From positions 1 to 50,091 of the forward strand of contig NIVC01004332.1 in NCBI GenBank assembly GCA_002269645.1: a stretch of DNA of 50,091 bases. Reading direction: 5' to 3'. The stretch is from Macrostomum lignano. Its lineage: Eukaryota. Position numbers and translations under genes: made by a program. Under the pieces are notes generated by a model. It did no database searches, had not been told where the DNA came from, and saw only the letters and a list, made by a program, of their open reading frames with translations. Below are positions 46,601 to 50,091 of the stretch, piece by piece (the stretch's first letter is position 1; the number at the start of each line of letters is the position of its first letter).

Positions 46601-46776
46601 TATTATACCGCCTTTGACTTGTTAGTGAGCACTATAGAAGCGTGACCCGAAAAGCGAGTGCTTGCACTTCTTTTTTGCAGAGCCGTTTGGATGTAAATTA
46701 TGGTTCTGAGCGTTCTCTGACAGCGATTATTAGTATATGGTTAGTTTTTATAGCCTAATTAACGCACCAGTTTGTC

Positions 46777-46855
46777 ATCCACAAATGATGATCAATTTTA
46801 CACCGTCATGCTGTTTGATACGCCTGATAATAAAACTATGGCAGCTGATGTGGAT
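46777..46855 (+). ncRNA. Box C/D snoRNA, family X copy 1 (guide CACCGTCATGCTGT)
   Basis: Terminal stem ATCCAC/GTGGAT; C box 46785-46791; D' TTGA 46815-46818; D box 46845-46848. Confidence 0.88.
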
Positions 46856-46969
46856 GCTATCAATGTCCTTATGACACTATTTAAAATCTAGAATATCGAT
46901 TTTAAGTTTTATATCAGATTCAGAATCCTTAGAGATAAGGTTAGGTTGTGGCTTGGTTTAAAAAACTGG

Positions 46970-47052
46970 CTGTCAAAAATGATGATAATTATTCACAACT
47001 GTTTGTTTTGAGTTAACATGACAATTTCACATGCATCACCATCTGATGTAGT
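46970..47052 (+). ncRNA. SNORD33: Box C/D snoRNA, SNORD33/snR55-like (SSU Um1269 yeast numbering)
   Basis: C box 46979-46985; guide CATGCATCACCAT (13 bp with 2 G-U pairs to SSU GUGGUGGUGCAUG) directly before D box CTGA 47043-47046. Confidence 0.8.
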
Positions 47053-47294
47053 TTATTGAGTACATTTTAATGAACATGTAAGCTATGCTTGCCATTTTAT
47101 AAAAAGTACAACCTGTCGCCCAAAAACTCTACTTTCATAGGTACTGGTAGTAGATCATTAACAAGTTCTCAGTCTACCGGTCCAGTGTTTCATTTTCTAA
47201 ATTTAAGGTAATTATTGGTTTTGACTGTATTTTGCTTTTTGTGATCATACATAAACATAGCCTGAAATTTTCATTTAAGCATGTACGTCGCTTG

Positions 47295-47385
47295 TATTCA
47301 CCAAAAATGATGACCAATTTTTATACACCGTCATGCTGTTTGACACACTTTTGATAATTAAAAACAATGGCAGCTGAGGTGAATA
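47295..47385 (+). ncRNA. Box C/D snoRNA, family X copy 2
   Basis: Perfect 8-bp terminal stem TATTCACC/GGTGAATA; C box 47307-47313; same D' guide as copy 1; D box 47374-47377. Confidence 0.88.
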
Positions 47386-47582
47386 CAATAGGCATTTCCC
47401 TTAACACCTTTGCTGCTCATCATCATTCAGAATCATCGTTTATCTCCATTTTACTAACGAAAGTATTTGTTCTTAAATCGATCTTCTAATTAAAAGCAGT
47501 CTGAAAAAATCCGAAGCAAATAGTTCTGTTCTCTTTAGTACGAGTAGAAGTCAGTAGCAAGCAAGCAACGTGTCCTCAGAAA

Positions 47583-47670
47583 TGTAATATGATGTTTGTT
47601 ATCCCTGGCTTAGTGCAATAAGCTCTATGTAGTAAATACTTTATGCCAACTTCAATGGCTGCTGATTACA
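47583..47670 (+). ncRNA. SNORD1: Box C/D snoRNA, SNORD1/snR38-like (LSU Gm2815 yeast numbering)
   Basis: Stem TGTAA/TTACA; C-like ATGATGT 47589-47595; guide GTTATCCCTG (complementary to LSU CAGGGAUAAC) then D' CTTA 47609-47612; D box 47662-47665. Confidence 0.78.
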
Positions 47671-47777
47671 GTTCTGTATACATACGACACTTGCTGCTTT
47701 TTTGGTATTCGATTTTTAATTAGGACAATATATACTTTTTTACTAATACTTAGGACTAGGTCTATTAACTGCAACTT

Positions 47778-47873
47778 GGGCGTTTTCAATGATGATTGGA
47801 ATTACCGTCGGAAGTTGGTGTACCAATTTGTGTACGCTGGCGATTCTTTGAAGAAAATTTGCTGTCTGAGCCC
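47778..47873 (+). ncRNA. SNORD65: Box C/D snoRNA, SNORD65/snR77-like (SSU Um578 yeast numbering) with a possible second U24-like guide
   Basis: Stem GGGC/GCCC; C box 47789-47795; guide TGGAATTACCG (complementary to SSU CGGUAAUUCCA) then D' CGGA 47809-47812; D box 47866-47869 preceded by GAAAATTTGCTGT. Confidence 0.83.
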
Positions 47874-47930
47874 TTGATTTGCCATTTTTATGCCTATATA
47901 CTATAGTGTAGATAGCCTTGCGTATAAGCC

Positions 47931-48016
47931 TACTTTTTATGATGATAAATACGTTTGCTTACCTTATCTGTGATCTCTTAAAGGGACGTGATAAGACACT
48001 ACAGCGCTCTGATGTA
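47931..48016 (+). ncRNA. Candidate box C/D snoRNA, target uncertain
   Basis: C box ATGATGA 47939-47945; D box CTGA 48009-48012; stem TAC/GTA; D guide ACACTACAGCGCT. Confidence 0.6.
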
Positions 48017-48194
48017 TATATATTGATCAGAAGTGTTTTTATATTGTAGAATATTTTTAATTTCTCTAACAATGCCACTTTCTCTTTATTACTACAGGTC
48101 TAAGCTGTCCTGGGGCCTTTTAAAATCAATATAAAAAGTAAGTGAATTCAAAACCAATAACCAACTCAATTTTTTCAGTAATAAGCTCTACTAT

Positions 48195-48276
48195 TATGTT
48201 TTTAATGATGACTATTTCCTTATCTACTATGATTTATTAATAATGTGAATGCAATATTTCCCGAATCTGAAATGCT
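48195..48276 (+). ncRNA. Candidate box C/D snoRNA, target uncertain
   Basis: C box 48205-48211; D' ATGA; D box CTGA 48267-48270; lies alone in a GT-AG intron (48138-48354). Confidence 0.6.
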
Positions 48277-48461
48277 AGTCTAAATTACATATATGTAAGC
48301 TTAAATTTTTAGAAGTAAATCAAAAAAATAAATTTTGTCACTAATTATTTTCAGATTTAGCGATCCAGTGTGACTCTGATCTAAATTTAAGGTAAGCTTC
48401 AATTCACTTTTTTTCATATTACTTGGGTTTATGTATAATCTTTGTTACAAGCAATAGATTG

Positions 48462-48550
48462 GCTTCATTCATGATGACTCAGATTTTATACCGTCATGTT
48501 GTATGATCTCGCATGAGTTTAGTTCTATTTGTCTCTGAGTTTTAAAGCCT
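48462..48550 (+). ncRNA. Box C/D snoRNA, family X copy 3 (guide TACCGTCATGTTGT)
   Basis: C box 48471-48477; D' ATGA 48503-48506; D box 48535-48538; guide differs from copies 1 and 2 by two C>U changes. Confidence 0.8.
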
Positions 48551-48672
48551 TTATTAATACCTTACAAACTCTTTAAAACCCCCGGATTTTAAACCCACAG
48601 AATTCCAATCCCCGGAACTCTTTATTGCATACATCCTTAAATTTAAAGTCATACTGAAACAAAAACTTTAAA

Positions 48673-48750
48673 GTTAGGATAGAGGTTTGATGAATGTAGT
48701 AAATTCGTGTTAAATAAAGATTTGAGACAAGCATTGATTGATCTGACTAA
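48673..48750 (+). ncRNA. Candidate box C/D snoRNA with 14-nt complementarity to the SSU rRNA 5' region (diverged SNORD27-like)
   Basis: TTGATGA 48687-48693; TTTGAGACAAGCAT 48721-48734 (complementary to AUGCUUGUCUCAAA); TTGA and CTGA follow; the guide-to-D spacing is irregular. Confidence 0.5.
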
Positions 48751-48884
48751 GCGATGAGATGAGAGATTAATGAGCGGCACAAACACCAGAAAAAGCAGAC
48801 AAACTTCACATGCTTACAGTTACTGTCCTGATTGAGTTACAGAGTTGAGACTTGATATCGAGACAGAAAATAAGTCTAAAGAAT

Positions 48885-49160
48885 GGTAGGGTGGCAAGTC
48901 AATAGAATTTCAGGTAGGGTGGCAGGTCAATAAAATCTCTGGTAGGTTGCAGGTCAATAGAATTTAAGGTAGGGTGGCAGGTCAATAGAATTTAAGGTAG
49001 GGTGGCAGGTCAATAGAATTTAAGGTAGGGTGGCAGGTCAATAGAATTTAAGTAGGGTGGCAGGTCAATAGAATTTCAGGTAGGGTGGCAGGTCAACAGA
49101 ATTTAAGGTAGGGTGGCAGCGTCAATAGAATTTCAGGTAGGTTAGCAGGTCAATAGAAAA
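48885..49160. repeat. 28-bp minisatellite (gtagggtggcaggtcaatagaatttaag)
   Basis: Direct tandem repeat, about 9 copies. Confidence 0.9.
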
Positions 49161-49718
49161 AATACATTAATCAAATTCTAATACTAATCAAACCCGAGCA
49201 GCACGAGGCAAGACATTATCGTGATGGTGAACCTGACTTCTCTAAGCCACCCGCCATCCGGACGCCAACCCAACCAGTTTGAGACCGCCAGATGTTGGAG
49301 GAGGGAATGAGCGACTGATCGTTCGGCAACAAATTTCATGCTAGCGTTAAGCAAAGTTACGGCAGCCAAACGATTGGGGTGGTTGCTACGCTGACAAAAA
49401 GCAGACTAACTTTAAACGTGCACAGCTCCGTACAGGATTGACTTTATGACTCGACATTTTACACGCTTGTGTCGAAATAGTTAGAGATTGTTTGTGTCAA
49501 ATTTGAGTAGGTTTGATAAAGGTGGAGCGCCGCTATAGAGGATTAAGTAAAAAAAATCCCGCTTTCTTTGCAGCAACTTTTTGCACTTTAAGGTGGAATA
49601 CTGGGAAGACGCTCTCCGTAGTGAGGTTGGGGGGGTGCAAAACGGTGTCATTTGGTTGAGCGGTTTGAGAGTCCATAGCGAACAAAATTGGCCACAGACA
49701 CACAGTTTACAGATTTTA

Positions 49719-49803
49719 GGTATAAATGATGATAGAATATTGACACCTCTTGTCTGATATTTACTAAGTAAATGCGGAGTTTATTAGCTCTATCTGATCA
49801 AGT
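49719..49803 (+). ncRNA. Double-guide box C/D snoRNA: D guide SNORD44-like (SSU Am166 human numbering) and D' guide to the snR48/SNORD60 LSU site
   Basis: C box 49726-49732; TGACACCTCTTG then D' CTGA 49754-49757 (complementary to LSU CAAGAGGUGUCA); TATTAGCTCTA then D CTGA 49794-49797 (complementary to SSU UAGAGCUAAUA). Confidence 0.85.
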
Positions 49804-50091
49804 ATTAAGCTCTTTTGTCCTAATAGAAATCGTTAAGAATCGATGCAAGTTTTCATATTCACTTATTTCATTTTAGAGGACGCTAAAATCCAGCTGGAAA
49901 ATTGTAGCCTTCTTAACAGTGCTTCAGGTCAGTTAGCAATGCTTAAGTATTTTTCCCCACCCTTATTTTACTTTTTACAATGATGAATTAATTATAGCAT
50001 AGTTCATATGAACTGTACCAGTGTACGGCATGTACAGAATTTTCAAGCCTGATATTTTATCTACCTATTAGCTACCTATTAGTTGTACCTA

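Larger units (their letters stand above)
45400..50091 (+). ncRNA. Putative non-coding snoRNA host gene with short exons (e.g. 45988-46045, 46258-46304, 46681-46739, 46918-46939, 47141-47207, 48098-48137, 48355-48391, 49574-49592, 49877-49927)
   Basis: GT-AG-flanked 19-67-nt segments alternate with C/D snoRNAs; no long ORF. The 5' and 3' ends were not determined. Confidence 0.65.

Noticed and set aside
49184-49369. 61-aa minus-strand ORF in a GC-richer patch
   Set aside because: No recognisable motif, splice support or start context.

Overview
Eukaryotic (metazoan invertebrate) genomic DNA with GC-rich exons, AT-rich introns and many minisatellites. The style (poly-Q/A/S exons, TGTC/TATC microsatellites) resembles the flatworm Macrostomum, which is an inference. 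Main contents, from hand translation and splice-phase tracing: (1) a convergent, inverted pair of 2-exon genes (821-1249 +, 3974-4400 -) for an 89-aa secreted 8-Cys peptide resembling the fungal beta-1,3-glucan-binding module CBM52; (2) two tandem multi-exon coiled-coil genes of the centrosomin/CDK5RAP2/myomegalin family: gene A (9321-19286, ~1335 aa) has a CM1 motif, a 14x16-aa repeat and a truncated CM2, and gene B (23813-40580, ~1293 aa) has no recognisable CM1 but a full CM2-like C-terminus; (3) an intronless antisense secreted PAN/apple + LamG-like gene nested in gene B intron 3; (4) a cluster of about 12 box C/D snoRNAs (45.4-49.8 kb) in introns of an apparently non-coding host gene, several with rRNA-complementary guides; (5) two tRNA-derived CORE-SINEs, LINE relics, a TSD-flanked retroposon and about 20 different tandem repeats. 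Family and rRNA-target assignments rest on motifs and rRNA sequences recalled from memory, and no searches were run.
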